From: Chthoniobacterales bacterium
GTDB lineage: Bacteria; Verrucomicrobiota; Verrucomicrobiia; Chthoniobacterales; JACTMZ01
DNA length: 64,000 bases
Assembly (NCBI GenBank): GCA_044359955.1
Contig: JBIKLF010000010.1
Location: forward strand, 1,460-65,459
Reading direction: 5' to 3'
The position numbers and the translations under genes are program-made. This document shows, piece by piece, positions 47,486-57,876 of the stretch. The notes beneath the pieces are model-generated. The model did not search any database. It had not been told where the DNA came from and saw only the letters and a list, made by a program, of their open reading frames with translations. Each line of letters opens with the position of its first letter. The first letter of the stretch is position 1.

Positions 47486-49816
47486 ATGGAGAATTTTCCC
47501 ATCATCATTCTCGTCGCGATCTTCGTCGCGGCGTTTCTTGCGCCGTGGCTCCATCGCGTGCTGGGGGACCGTTGCGGGCTGGTCTTGAGTCTGGTGCCGC
47601 TGGCCGGAGCGGCGGGTTACCTCATGCTGTTGCCGCAGGTCCTGGCGGGACAGGCGGTGGTGTTTCAACGCGCGTGGGTTCCTTCGCTCGGAATCTCGCT
47701 GGATTTTTACATCGATGGATTGAGCCTGCTTTTCCTGCTCCTGATCAGCGTGATCGGGGTCTTTGTCACTTGGTATGCGGCGGGTTACTTGGCCGGGAAG
47801 AAAGACCTCGGGCGGTTCTATCTTTATCTGTTCGGTTTCATGGGTGCCATGCTGGGAGTGGTCAGTTCGGATCACCTCGTGCTGCTCTTCATTTTCTGGG
47901 AGCTGACCAGTATTTCGTCCTACCTTCTCATCGGTTACTACCACAACGACCTAAAATCGCGGGCCGCGGCCTTGCAGGCTTTGCTCGTCACGGGCGCGGG
48001 TGGGCTGTGCCTGCTGGCCGGCGTGATCTTGCTCGGGAACTTGGCCGGAACCTTCAAGATCTCGGAGTTGCTGCAAATGGACGCCGCTGTTTTGGCGGCC
48101 CAACCGGGATTCACCACGATCCTCATTTTGGTTTTGCTCGGGGCGTTCACCAAGTCCGCCCAATTTCCTTTTCACTTTTGGTTGCCCAATGCCATGGCCG
48201 CGCCGGCGCCGGTCAGCGCGTATCTCCATTCGGCCACCATGGTGAAGGCGGGCATCTTTCTCCTCGCGCGTTTGTTTCCGCTCCTCTCGGCCAGTCCGCT
48301 TTGGTTCCCCATCGTCGCTCCGGTCGGGGCAGTGACCATGATCTTGGGTGTCTTTATGGCGCTGGGTCAGAATGACCTGAAAAAGATCCTCGCTTACACC
48401 ACGGTCGCTGTTCTGGGCACGTTGACCATGCTGCTGGGGATCGGGACGGAGTTGGCGGTGAAAGCGGCCATGGCTTACCTGCTGGCCCACGCGCTCTACA
48501 AAGCGGCGCTTTTCATGACCTCCGGCTCGGTCGATCACGAAACGGGGACGCGGGATCCGGAATTGCTCGGCGGCTTGCGCCGCGTCATGCCGTTCACCGC
48601 GGCGGCAGCCTTGATCGGAGGCTTGTCGATGGCCGGGGTGCCGATGCTGCTCGGTTTTGTCAGCAAAGAATATTTTTACAAAGCGCTGCTCGATGCGCCG
48701 GGGGCGGGCGTGTGGTGGGAAGTGCTCGGGGTCTCGGCCAGCGTGGTCATGGTGGCGCTGGCCATCACGGCGGGGATCAAGCCGTTCTGGGGTGCGCTCC
48801 AACCGACGCCGAAGCAGGCCCACGAGGCGCCCTGGACCATGTGGCTGGGACCGTTGCTTCTCGGGGCGGCGGGGATCAAGACGGGATTGTTTCCGTCCTA
48901 CGCGGGCGCGGGCCTGGTCGGTCCGGCCGCGGCCGCGGTGCTGGGGGATGCGGGCTTCGTGGCCGATCTGAAACTCTGGCACGGATGGACCATGGCGCTC
49001 GGGCTGAGTGCGGTGACGGTCGTGCTCGGGTTGGCCCTTTATGCCCTGCTCCCGCGGATTCGCGCGGCGCGCGGGATTTACGAGCGACTGGCACGTTTCG
49101 GTCCGGAGCGGGGCTATGACAATCTGCTGGCCGGACTGCTCGCCTTCGCGCGTTGGCAAACGGGCGTCCTGCAGAACGGGTATCTGCGCAATTACATCAT
49201 GACCGTGGTGCTCTTCACCGTGGTTCTGGTCGGCTGGATGTTGCCCGGCGTGGTGCCCTCGCCCGATTGGAGCACGATGGTGCGACCGAATGTGCTGACC
49301 GTCACGGTCTGCCTTCTGATCATGGCCGGCGCGGTTTTTGCCTGCCTGACCAGTTCACGTTTCACCGCGATCCTCGCCCTCGGGGTGGTCGGGATCGGGA
49401 TTGCCATGCTTTACTTCATGTTCAGCGCGCCGGATCTGGCCATGACGCAGGTGCTGGTCGAAACGCTGACCTTGGTGCTCTTCGTGCTGGCCTTTTACCG
49501 GCTGCCGGTTTTCGGGAACTACTCGAAGAAAGCGGTCAAGGTGCGTGATGCGCTGGTGGCCGCGGTTTTTGGCACGGTCATGGCCATGGTCGTGCTGGTC
49601 GAGCAGTCCTCGCGGGCGGCGGACAACAATGTGTCGCGTTTCATGAGCGAGAACAGCCTCACTCTGGCCAACGGGCGCAATGTGGTGAACGTCATCCTCG
49701 TCGATTTCCGCGCCCTCGACACGCTGGGCGAAATCACGGTGCTGGCCATCGCGGCGTTGGGAGTTTTTGCCATGATGCGGCTGCGTCCGGGTTCCAAGAA
49801 GGAGGACGGCAAATGA
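47486..49816 (+). CDS. mrpA: Mrp Na+/H+ antiporter subunit A
   Basis: FWELTSISSYLLIG, KSAQFPFHFWLP, HSATMVKAG, NVILVDFRALDTLGE. Confidence 0.93.
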   Translation: MENFPIIILVAIFVAAFLAPWLHRVLGDRCGLVLSLVPLAGAAGYLMLLPQVLAGQAVVFQRAWVPSLGISLDFYIDGLSLLFLLLISVIGVFVTWYAAGYLAGKKDLGRFYLYLFGFMGAMLGVVSSDHLVLLFIFWELTSISSYLLIGYYHNDLKSRAAALQALLVTGAGGLCLLAGVILLGNLAGTFKISELLQMDAAVLAAQPGFTTILILVLLGAFTKSAQFPFHFWLPNAMAAPAPVSAYLHSATMVKAGIFLLARLFPLLSASPLWFPIVAPVGAVTMILGVFMALGQNDLKKILAYTTVAVLGTLTMLLGIGTELAVKAAMAYLLAHALYKAALFMTSGSVDHETGTRDPELLGGLRRVMPFTAAAALIGGLSMAGVPMLLGFVSKEYFYKALLDAPGAGVWWEVLGVSASVVMVALAITAGIKPFWGALQPTPKQAHEAPWTMWLGPLLLGAAGIKTGLFPSYAGAGLVGPAAAAVLGDAGFVADLKLWHGWTMALGLSAVTVVLGLALYALLPRIRAARGIYERLARFGPERGYDNLLAGLLAFARWQTGVLQNGYLRNYIMTVVLFTVVLVGWMLPGVVPSPDWSTMVRPNVLTVTVCLLIMAGAVFACLTSSRFTAILALGVVGIGIAMLYFMFSAPDLAMTQVLVETLTLVLFVLAFYRLPVFGNYSKKAVKVRDALVAAVFGTVMAMVVLVEQSSRAADNNVSRFMSENSLTLANGRNVVNVILVDFRALDTLGEITVLAIAALGVFAMMRLRPGSKKEDGK

Positions 49817-50238
49817 ACAGCGTGATTTTGGCCACGGTGAGTCGCTTGCTCACGGGTGTGCTGTTGGTCTTTTCGGTCTTTCTCCTCTTGCGCGGGCACA
49901 ACCTGCCGGGTGGCGGGTTTTCCGGCGGACTGGTGGCGGCGAGTGCGTTCGTGCTTTTCGCCTTTGCCAGCGGATTCCCCGCGGCCCGGAGCATGCTGTT
50001 TTTCCCGCCGCACGTCATCATCGGGTTCGGCTTGGTCGTGGCGATTGTCGCCGGGTTGGCCGGAAATGTGGCAGGACTGCCGTTTCTCACCGGCTTGTGG
50101 GACAAGACGCCCTTGCCGGTGATCGGCAAACTCGGGACGCCGTTGCTCTTCGATATCGGGGTTTATTTCGCCGTGCTCGGGGTGACCACGCTGATCGTTT
50201 TCAGCTTGGGTGAGGATGCGGAGGAGGAGGAGGACTGA
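49813..50238 (+). CDS. mrpB: Mrp antiporter subunit B
   Basis: [17 protein letters not shown]. Confidence 0.92.
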   Translation: MNSVILATVSRLLTGVLLVFSVFLLLRGHNLPGGGFSGGLVAASAFVLFAFASGFPAARSMLFFPPHVIIGFGLVVAIVAGLAGNVAGLPFLTGLWDKTPLPVIGKLGTPLLFDIGVYFAVLGVTTLIVFSLGEDAEEEED

Positions 50239-50240
50239 CC

Positions 50241-50591
50241 ATGGAATTCCTCTTGGCCATCACGATCGGCGTGCTCTACGCGGCGGCTTTTTACCTGCTT
50301 TTGCGGCGCGGTGTGGTGCGCATCATTCTCGGCATCGCCTTGTTGAGCCAAGCGGTCAATTTGCTCATTTTCACGGCGGGCGGTTTGCGCGAGGGCGGGG
50401 TGCCCTTCATCGCGGAGGGTCAGACTGACCTGGCCGCGACCAGTGCTGATCCGTTGCCGCAGGCGCTGATTCTCACCGCGATCGTGATCAGCTTCGGGGT
50501 GCTCGCCTTCACTCTGGCCATGGTGCATCGCGCGGATCAGGCCACGGGAACCGATGACGTGGATGATTTGAAAGGGACGGACCAGACATGA
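50241..50591 (+). CDS. mrpC: Mrp antiporter subunit C
   Basis: [14 protein letters not shown]. Confidence 0.93.
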   Translation: MEFLLAITIGVLYAAAFYLLLRRGVVRIILGIALLSQAVNLLIFTAGGLREGGVPFIAEGQTDLAATSADPLPQALILTAIVISFGVLAFTLAMVHRADQATGTDDVDDLKGTDQT

Positions 50592-52102
50592 ACGCGCTGA
50601 CGCTGGCTCTCCTGACCCCGCTGGTCACGGCGGTGCTCTGCCTCTTTTCCCTGCGCTCCCTGCCGCTACAGCGCTTTTTCGGTGTGGCGGGGATGGCCGT
50701 GCTGCTCGGGGTCGCGCTGCGCTTGATGGCCGAGGTGGGCGACGGGACGATTGAAGTGGTGCGTTTCGGCAACTGGCCGGCGCCCTTCGGCATCGTTCTG
50801 GTGGCGGATCTGCTGGCCGGCATCATGGTGCTGGTTTCGGCCATCATTGGTCTGGCCGTCGCAATCTACTCGATCGCCGATGTGGACGCGCGGCGGGTGC
50901 GGTTCGGGTATTACGCGTTTCTGCACTTCATGATGTTCGGGGTGTGCGGGGCCTTCCTCACGGGGGATATCTTCAACTTGTTCGTCTGGTTTGAGGTGAT
51001 GCTGATCAGCTCGTTCGTCCTGATGAGCCTCGGCGGGGAAAAGCCTCAGATGGAGGGCGCGGTGAAATACGTCACCCTCAACCTCATTTCCTCGAGCTTC
51101 TTTCTCGCGGCGTGCGGCATTCTCTACGGTCAGACCGGCACACTGAACATGGCGGACCTGGCTTTGACCGCACGGGAGATGCGTCCGGAGTTGCTCACCA
51201 TGACGGCGATGCTTTTTCTGGTGGCCTTCGGGCTCAAGGCGGCAATTTTCCCGCTCTTTTTCTGGCTACCGGCGTCTTATCACACGCCGCCGGTCGCGGT
51301 GTCGGCGATTTTTGCCGGCCTGCTGACCAAGGTCGGCGTGTATGCCCTGGTCCGGGTCTTCACCCTGATCTTCACCGAAGACGTGCTCTTCACCCACGGG
51401 CTGCTCTTGGTGCTGGCCGGGTTCACCATGGTGACCGGTGTGTTGGGGGCCATGGTGCAATTCGATTTCCGCCGGTTGCTCTCCTTCCACATCATCAGCC
51501 AGATCGGCTACATGGTGCTGGGCTTGGCGCTTTTCACCCCGCTGGCCATGGCGGGGACGGTGTTCTACCTTTTCCATCACATCGTGGTGAAGGCGAACTT
51601 GTTCCTCATCAGCGGGATCACGGCGCGCTACGGGGGATCGTTTAACTTGAAAAAGTTGGGCGGTTTTTACGCGGCGACGCCGCTCCTGGCGCTGTTGTTT
51701 TTCATTCCGGCCATGTCGCTCGGCGGGATTCCGCCGCTCTCGGGATTTTTCGCCAAGTTCGCCGTGGTGAAGGCCGGTTTGGCCGGGGACACCATGTTCG
51801 GCGGATGGGCCACGGTCTTGGCCGTGGTGGCCTTGGCGGTCGGACTGCTTACTTTGTTTTCCATGACAAAGATCTGGGCGGAAGTTTTCTGGAAGCCGGC
51901 TCCGGAGGGGCATGCGCCGCACCCGGGCAATGTTCCGCCCGCGGAAAGATTCCTGCTCCTTGCCCCGGTTGCCGCGCTGGCCGCCTTGACCCTGGCCATC
52001 GGATTTTTCCCGCAATATTTCTTCGATTTCGCGGCCCGCTCGGCCGAGCAGTTGTTGCAACCGGAGATTTACATCAACGCCGTGCTGGGGAGGACAAACT
52101 GA
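50588..52102 (+). CDS. mrpD: Mrp antiporter subunit D
   Basis: [31 protein letters not shown]. Confidence 0.93.
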   Translation: MNALTLALLTPLVTAVLCLFSLRSLPLQRFFGVAGMAVLLGVALRLMAEVGDGTIEVVRFGNWPAPFGIVLVADLLAGIMVLVSAIIGLAVAIYSIADVDARRVRFGYYAFLHFMMFGVCGAFLTGDIFNLFVWFEVMLISSFVLMSLGGEKPQMEGAVKYVTLNLISSSFFLAACGILYGQTGTLNMADLALTAREMRPELLTMTAMLFLVAFGLKAAIFPLFFWLPASYHTPPVAVSAIFAGLLTKVGVYALVRVFTLIFTEDVLFTHGLLLVLAGFTMVTGVLGAMVQFDFRRLLSFHIISQIGYMVLGLALFTPLAMAGTVFYLFHHIVVKANLFLISGITARYGGSFNLKKLGGFYAATPLLALLFFIPAMSLGGIPPLSGFFAKFAVVKAGLAGDTMFGGWATVLAVVALAVGLLTLFSMTKIWAEVFWKPAPEGHAPHPGNVPPAERFLLLAPVAALAALTLAIGFFPQYFFDFAARSAEQLLQPEIYINAVLGRTN

Positions 52103-52103
52103 C

Positions 52104-52577
52104 ATGTATGCGGCGATCAATCTGATCCTCACGCTGGTCTGGTCCGGCCTGCTCGGCGGCATCACCCTGTCCAATCTGGTCTCCGGGTTTGTCGTCAGCT
52201 ACTTCCTCCTTTGGCTGGTCACGCGCGGTCAGCGCGGGCATGACGGCTACTTCGGAAAATTGCCGCGGGTCTTGGGTTTTATCGGTTACTATCTCTGGGA
52301 GCTGATCAAATCGAATGCCATCATCGCCTACGACGTGCTGACCCCGACGCACCACATGAAGCCGGGGGTGATCGGCATCCCGATCGAGGCGAAGACCGAC
52401 CTCGAGATCACCGCGCTGGCCAACCTGATCACCATGACGCCGGGCACGCTCAGTCTCGACATTTCGCCCGACCGCAAGACGCTCTACGTGCACGCCATGT
52501 ATATCCATGACCCCGAGGAATTGCGCCGCGACATCAAAGAAAACTTCGAGCCCCGGGTGCTCGCTCTCTTGAGATAA
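52104..52577 (+). CDS. mrpE: Mrp antiporter subunit E
   Basis: ANLITMTPGT, LYVH. Confidence 0.92.
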   Translation: MYAAINLILTLVWSGLLGGITLSNLVSGFVVSYFLLWLVTRGQRGHDGYFGKLPRVLGFIGYYLWELIKSNAIIAYDVLTPTHHMKPGVIGIPIEAKTDLEITALANLITMTPGTLSLDISPDRKTLYVHAMYIHDPEELRRDIKENFEPRVLALLR

Positions 52578-52580
52578 ACC

Positions 52581-52862
52581 ATGGAAAGCACGCCCGCTCT
52601 CATCATGGTGGCCTGGGTGGCCGGCGCCATCCTTTCGCTCGGCATGATTTTGACCTTCATCCGCGTGGTGGCCGGACCGACGCTGGCTGACCGGGTCGTG
52701 GCCATTGATGCGTTGGCCACCATGGTGATCGGAGTGCTCGTGCTCACCTCGATCGTCACCGGCACCGCGCTATTGCTCGATATCGCGCTGGCCATTGCTC
52801 TGGTGGTTTTTCTCGGCACGATCGCCATGGCCACCACGATCGAAAGGGGGGTTTTCAAATGA
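52581..52862 (+). CDS. mrpF: Mrp antiporter subunit F
   Basis: GPTLADRVVAID. Confidence 0.92.
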   Translation: MESTPALIMVAWVAGAILSLGMILTFIRVVAGPTLADRVVAIDALATMVIGVLVLTSIVTGTALLLDIALAIALVVFLGTIAMATTIERGVFK

Positions 52863-53233
52863 TCTGGGTGATCGGCGGCTGTCTGGTCATCGGGGCGTTC
52901 CTCATGTTTCTCACGGGGCTGGGGCTGGTGCGTATGCCGGACATTTTCACCCGCATGCATGCGGCGACGAAGAGCGCCTCGCTCGGGGTGGCGCTCTTGC
53001 TCTTGGCGGCGGCGTTGTTTTTCCAAGAGACGATGGTGGTGACCAAAGCGGTGGTGACCATCGTGTTCATCTTTCTCACCGCGCCGGTGGCAGCCAGTCT
53101 GCTCGGACGCGCGGCCTATGCGCGGCGCACGCCGCTGTGGGAACACTCGGTGTTGGATGAGGGACGCGATCACATCGCGGTCCGTCCGGGTCCGCGGCCG
53201 GATCAGGTCGAGAGAACCAGCCAGGACACGTAG
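52859..53233 (+). CDS. mrpG: Mrp antiporter subunit G
   Basis: RMPDIFTRMHAATK, LTAPV. Confidence 0.92.
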   Translation: MIWVIGGCLVIGAFLMFLTGLGLVRMPDIFTRMHAATKSASLGVALLLLAAALFFQETMVVTKAVVTIVFIFLTAPVAASLLGRAAYARRTPLWEHSVLDEGRDHIAVRPGPRPDQVERTSQDT

Positions 53234-54153
53234 GCGGCGTAGCCGGCGAGAAGGATGGCACCTTCGAGGCGTGTGATGCGTTTTTGGTGGTAGGCCATGG
53301 GCCAGAGGACGAGGGCAAAGACCGCCATGACGGCATAGTCGACCAAGCTGATGCCCGACGCGGCGAGCGGAGTGGCCATGGCAGTGATGCCGAGGATGCC
53401 GAGGAGATTGAAAATGTTCGACCCGACGATGTTGCCCACCGCGATGTCCGCTTCTTTTTTGATCGCGGCGACGAGTGAAGTGGCCAATTCCGGCAGGCTC
53501 GTGCCGACCGCGATGACGGTCAGTCCGATGAGGGCTTCACTCCAACCGAAGGCCCGCGCGATGACCACGGCGCCGTCGACCAGAAAGCGCGCTCCGAAGA
53601 TGAGAAGAACAAGGCCGCCCGCGACCATGAGAAGATCGATGAACAATCCTCGCTTGGAAGCCTTCACCTCCGTGTCGAATTCGGCCCCGAGGGCGTCGGC
53701 CGGCTGGCGTCGGGCCAGATAGACGCTGAAAACAACGTAAGCGAGAAGCAAGGCGAAGAGGATGATTCCCTCGGCCATTCCGAGGGTGCCGTCCCATAGG
53801 AGGAAAGTGGTGAATGCGGTGACGGCGATCATGATCGGGATATCGATCCGCACGATTTGCGAGGTGGTGGCGATGGGGGTGACGAGGGCGCAGATGCCGA
53901 GGATCAGTCCGATGTTGCAAATATTGGAACCAACCACGTTGCCCACGCTGATGTTGCCTTGGCCGGCCAAGCCGGCCTTGAGGCTGACGACCAGTTCCGG
54001 TGAGCTGGTGCCGAAGGCGACCACGGTGAGGCCGATGACGAGCGGGGAGAGTCCGAGGCGCAGGGCCAGCGACGAACTGCCGCGCACGAGCGCTTCCGCG
54101 CCGTAGTAGAGGAGGACGAGCCCGAGGGCCAAGTAGAGGATGGCAAGGGTCAT
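53203..54153 (-). CDS. Calcium/sodium antiporter (CaCA, YrbG-like)
   Basis: Two alpha repeats GTSSPE/GTSLPE with GNVVGSN/GNIVGSN. Confidence 0.92.
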   Translation of the reverse strand: MTLAILYLALGLVLLYYGAEALVRGSSSLALRLGLSPLVIGLTVVAFGTSSPELVVSLKAGLAGQGNISVGNVVGSNICNIGLILGICALVTPIATTSQIVRIDIPIMIAVTAFTTFLLWDGTLGMAEGIILFALLLAYVVFSVYLARRQPADALGAEFDTEVKASKRGLFIDLLMVAGGLVLLIFGARFLVDGAVVIARAFGWSEALIGLTVIAVGTSLPELATSLVAAIKKEADIAVGNIVGSNIFNLLGILGITAMATPLAASGISLVDYAVMAVFALVLWPMAYHQKRITRLEGAILLAGYAAYVSWLVLST

Positions 54154-54220
54154 GGCAAGCGGGGAGATTTAGCGGTTGTCGGGCGGGAGATAAAGGAGAA
54201 GTGGAACGGCAAGGGAGGGA

Positions 54221-54252
54221 GTTTTAAGTTTTAGGTTTGTAAGTTTTAAGTG
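54221..54252. repeat. 32-bp heptamer-periodic tract, identical copy at 56250-56281
   Basis: GTTTTAAGTTTTAGGTTTGTAAGTTTTAAGTG occurs twice. Confidence 0.8.
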
Positions 54253-54400
54253 GTTGGAGGGGCACACTGGCGGGTGGGTGCTGGGGGTAACTGGGGGGAT
54301 TGCCCTCATTCAGGGCGCGCGGCGGGTCCGGAGGCCCCGCCGCACCTTAAGAGGGCTGGCGATATTTGGGTTCCGGCTGTTGTGAGCTGGCGCTACAAAT

Positions 54401-55252
54401 GTGGGGGTGAAGGCTCCTTTTGCTCCGAAGCTTGATGCCGCGCTTTTGGTCCTGGCGCATGGGTCGAGTGTCAATGCGACGTCGAGCCGGCCAACGCGGG
54501 AATTGACGGAGCGGCTATGGGACTCGGGGTTGTTCGGGGAGGTGGCTTGCGGGTTTTGGAAGGAGAGGCCGGGGCTGCGGGAGGCTTTGGACCGTCTGAC
54601 CAAGCCGGAGATTTTCATCGTGCCGAATTTCACGGTCGAGGGGTATTTCGTGCGCAATGTGATTCCGAAAGAACTCGGGCTGACCGGACCGGTGACCAAA
54701 AATGACAAGGGACAGGTTCTGCGGTTGTGTTTGCCGGTTGGGGGGCATCCGCGCATGACCGAAGTGCTGCTGCATCGCGCACGGGAGGTGGCGCCGGGGG
54801 TGGATTATGCGCAGGCGGCGTTGCTCGTGCTGGGCCACGGCACGCCGCTCGATACGCGGAGTTCGGAGGCGGTCGAGGCGCAGGTGGAGGCGATCCGGGC
54901 GCGCGGGATTTTTGCGGAGGTGCACGGGGCGTTTATGGAGACGCCGCCGAAGATCGAGGACTGGCGCGCGATCACGGCCTGCCGGGAGGTGATTGCGGTG
55001 CCGTTTTTCATCGCGGACGGTTTGCACAGCGACGAGGATATTCCGGGGTTGCTGGGCATCGCGGGCGGCGGCGATGCGGTCGAGCGGGAGCGGAAGAATC
55101 CGCATCTGCTCGACGGGCGGCGGCTGTTTTATTCGCGGGCGGTGGGGACGGATCCGGGGATGGCAGAGGTGATGCTTGATCAGGTGCACTCGTGGGAACT
55201 GTGCGCCAAGGGAATCCCGCGAAACGGGGAGACAGCGGGCGCCGGGGTGTGA
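54401..55252 (+). CDS. Two-domain CbiX/SirB chelatase-like protein
   Basis: LAHGS and LGHGT repeats, VPFFIADGLH. Confidence 0.8.
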   Translation: MGVKAPFAPKLDAALLVLAHGSSVNATSSRPTRELTERLWDSGLFGEVACGFWKERPGLREALDRLTKPEIFIVPNFTVEGYFVRNVIPKELGLTGPVTKNDKGQVLRLCLPVGGHPRMTEVLLHRAREVAPGVDYAQAALLVLGHGTPLDTRSSEAVEAQVEAIRARGIFAEVHGAFMETPPKIEDWRAITACREVIAVPFFIADGLHSDEDIPGLLGIAGGGDAVERERKNPHLLDGRRLFYSRAVGTDPGMAEVMLDQVHSWELCAKGIPRNGETAGAGV

Positions 55253-55264
55253 TAGGGATAGTGC

Positions 55265-55645
55265 ATGGTCACGAAATTGCTCCACACGCGCTACCGGGTC
55301 GCCGATCTCGAGAAGACGGTGAATTTTTACAAGGACGTGCTGGGGCTGGAGGAGATCCGGCGGCACAAATCGCCGCGCGGGTCGGAGTTGGTTTTTTTGA
55401 AGACGCCGCAAAGCGAGGAGTTGATTGAGATTTGCTGTTACCCGGGAAGCGGTCCGGTGGTGATCGGTCCGGATCTGACGCATTTGGCTTTCGAGGTGGA
55501 GGATTTGGAGAAATTCGCCCAGGACGCGGCGGCCAAGGGCTATCCGTTGTCGGACGGTCCGACCACCTCGTCGACCGGCACGACGTTCGCTTTCATCGAC
55601 GCGCCCGAAGGCTACGAGATCGAGTTGATCCAGGCGCCGCAATAG
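55265..55645 (+). CDS. VOC/glyoxalase family protein (lactoylglutathione lyase-like)
   Basis: LHTRYRVADLEK..FY..HLAF..DAPEGYEIEL. Confidence 0.85.
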   Translation: MVTKLLHTRYRVADLEKTVNFYKDVLGLEEIRRHKSPRGSELVFLKTPQSEELIEICCYPGSGPVVIGPDLTHLAFEVEDLEKFAQDAAAKGYPLSDGPTTSSTGTTFAFIDAPEGYEIELIQAPQ

Positions 55646-55655
55646 TCGCAGCTTT

Positions 55656-55922
55656 ATGGAATTCGACTGGCTCGACGCTCCCTTCGACCTCAAGGCGTTG
55701 ACGCCGCGGGCTATCGAGGAATCGTTCGAGGATCCGTTCAGTCTGCGGTTGTTGCCGGATTACGAGAGCGGCGAGGCGCGGTATTTCAACCTCGGCCGGT
55801 CGTCCGAGGGGCGGGGGATTTTCAGCGTGTTTTGGACGGATGGAAAAACGGTGCGGGTCATTGCGGCGCGGCCGATGGCGAAAGATGAAGAGAATTTTTT
55901 CGAAAGGAAGAACGATGAATAG
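55656..55922 (+). CDS. BrnT-family toxin
   Basis: MEFDW..FEDP..EARY..G..RVIAAR. Confidence 0.75.
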   Translation: MEFDWLDAPFDLKALTPRAIEESFEDPFSLRLLPDYESGEARYFNLGRSSEGRGIFSVFWTDGKTVRVIAARPMAKDEENFFERKNDE

Positions 55923-56199
55923 CGGGGAGCGGGAGTTGCGTGCGTTGCGGGCGTGGTCCGAGGTGCCGTCCTTCGACGACGAGCGGGCGGAGGCGGCGTT
56001 CTGGCTGACGCACAGCTTGGATCCCAAATTGATGAATGCGTCGATCCCCAAGAGTGATGCGAGGGAGTCGGCCACGGTGACCTTGCGGTTCGATCCGCGG
56101 ATGCTGGCGCGGATCAAACGCGTGGCGCGGTCGCGGTATTTGAATTACCAGAGCATGATCAAGCAGTGGTTGGCGGAGAGGCTGGAGAAGGAGGGCTGA
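55915..56199 (+). CDS. BrnA/CopG-like antitoxin
   Basis: VPSF..EAAFW, VTLRF..IK..YQSMIKQWL ribbon-helix-helix. Confidence 0.75.
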   Translation: MNSGERELRALRAWSEVPSFDDERAEAAFWLTHSLDPKLMNASIPKSDARESATVTLRFDPRMLARIKRVARSRYLNYQSMIKQWLAERLEKEG

Positions 56200-56412
56200 A
56201 AGCTGAGACCTGAAACCTGAGTGAAGGGGTGTGGGGGGAGGGGGAGGGGGTTTTAAGTTTTAGGTTTGTAAGTTTTAAGTGCTTGGGGAGTCGCGTTGGC
56301 GGGTGTTGAAAAATCGACGAGGGGAGCTTTGGTATCGGCTCCTGCCGATGAGCTTGGCTGCGACGGGCGTGGACTGGCGCTACAGGTGGGGGTATAAGGA
56401 GTTATTCCCCTG

Positions 56413-57519
56413 ATGAAAATCGGCGTCCCCCGTGAAATCAAAAAGCAGGAGCATCGGGTCGCGCTGTTGCCGGCCACGGCTTACCAATTGAAGAAGCGCG
56501 GCCACGAGGTGCTGGTCGAGCGTGGGGCGGGGGCCGGGTGTGGCTACCCCGATGCCGACTACGAGGCGGCGGGGGCGACGATGGTGGACACGCACGAGGC
56601 GGTGTTTGCTGCGGACCTGATCGTCAAGGTGAAGGAACCGCAACCGGACGAGATTCCGCTGCTGCGCCAAGGCCAGATTCTTTTCACCTACCTGCACCTC
56701 GCGGCGGATAAAACGCTGACGGAATCGCTGATGAAAAGCGGGGTGACGGGGTTGGCTTACGAGACGATCGAGATCAATCGACGCCTGCCGCTGCTCGAGC
56801 CGATGAGCGAGATTGCCGGCCGGATGTCGGTGGTGGTGGGAGCCAACTGTCTGGCCAAGCACCATGGCGGCAATGGCGTGCTGCTCGGCGGAGTGCCGGG
56901 GGTGCTGCCGGGGAAAGTGGTGGTGATCGGCGGAGGGACGTCGGGAATCAATGCCGCGCGCATGGCGCAGGGGTTGGGGGCCGATGTGACCATTCTGGAA
57001 GTTGATCTCGAGCGAATGCGTTTCCTCGATATCACGCTGCACACGGCGCATACGCTTTACTCGAACGAGGCGCACTTGCAGGAAGTGCTGCCGCAGGTGG
57101 ATCTGCTGATCGGTGCGGTGCTGGTGCCGGGCGCGCGCGCGCCGCGGTTGATCACGCGGGAGATGTTGCGGTGCATGAAGCCGGGGAGCGTGTTTGTCGA
57201 TATCGCGATCGACCAGGGCGGTTGTGCCGAGACATCGCGTCCGACAACGCATGAAAATCCGACCTTCGTGGAAGAGGGGGTGATCCATTATTGCGTGGCC
57301 AACATGCCCGGCGCGTATGCCCGCACGGCGACGCAGGCCTTGACCAATGTGACGGCGCGCTATGTCGAAATGATGGCGGATCTCGGGTTGGCGGGCGCGT
57401 GTGAGAAGGTGCCGGCCCTGCGGGGAGGGATCAATGTGCACGAGGGGAAGTTGACGTGTCCGATGGTGGCCGAGGCGTTTGGGATGAGTGCCGCGCCGCT
57501 GGAACTGCGCGGCGCTTAA
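56413..57519 (+). CDS. ald: Alanine dehydrogenase
   Basis: IGVPREIK..EHRV, VKVKEP, PMSEIAGR, AIDQGG, YCVANMPG. Confidence 0.95.
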   Translation: MKIGVPREIKKQEHRVALLPATAYQLKKRGHEVLVERGAGAGCGYPDADYEAAGATMVDTHEAVFAADLIVKVKEPQPDEIPLLRQGQILFTYLHLAADKTLTESLMKSGVTGLAYETIEINRRLPLLEPMSEIAGRMSVVVGANCLAKHHGGNGVLLGGVPGVLPGKVVVIGGGTSGINAARMAQGLGADVTILEVDLERMRFLDITLHTAHTLYSNEAHLQEVLPQVDLLIGAVLVPGARAPRLITREMLRCMKPGSVFVDIAIDQGGCAETSRPTTHENPTFVEEGVIHYCVANMPGAYARTATQALTNVTARYVEMMADLGLAGACEKVPALRGGINVHEGKLTCPMVAEAFGMSAAPLELRGA

Positions 57520-57634
57520 TAAGGCTGAGACTTGAGTTTGAAGCCTGAGTGAAACGGAGACAGGTCGCTGCGGCGACCAAGCTTGAGTGATACCAATCCT
57601 CAAAAGGAGTTGGACTCACGAATGACGATCGGCG

Positions 57635-57876
57635 GGTAGGGACACGCGGCCCGCGTGTCCGTTTTTCAGAGAGCGGACGAGCGGGCCGCTCGTCCCTACC
57701 TTAAGAGCCAAAGTCCACAACCTTTTCGGGTTTGGTATGAGATGTAGCGGCGGCGTCCCCGCCGCCGGTTGTTTTCGACAACGACCGTCGCCGGGGACGG
57801 CGACGCTACACGTAATGTGGCATCGGCATCCTGCCGATGGGATTGGGGGCGACATTGGCAGGGATGCCAATGCTAC
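57635..57876. repeat. Cluster of three different REP doublets
   Basis: 57635-57700, about 57743-57810 and about 57817-57876; each is an inverted pair of GTAG/GTGG hairpins. Confidence 0.75.

Noticed and set aside
46976-47944. 322-aa ORF as listed in the track
   Set aside because: The upstream part is antisense to mrpA and crosses REP DNA; only the last 101 codons, which have their own promoter and signal peptide, are credible.
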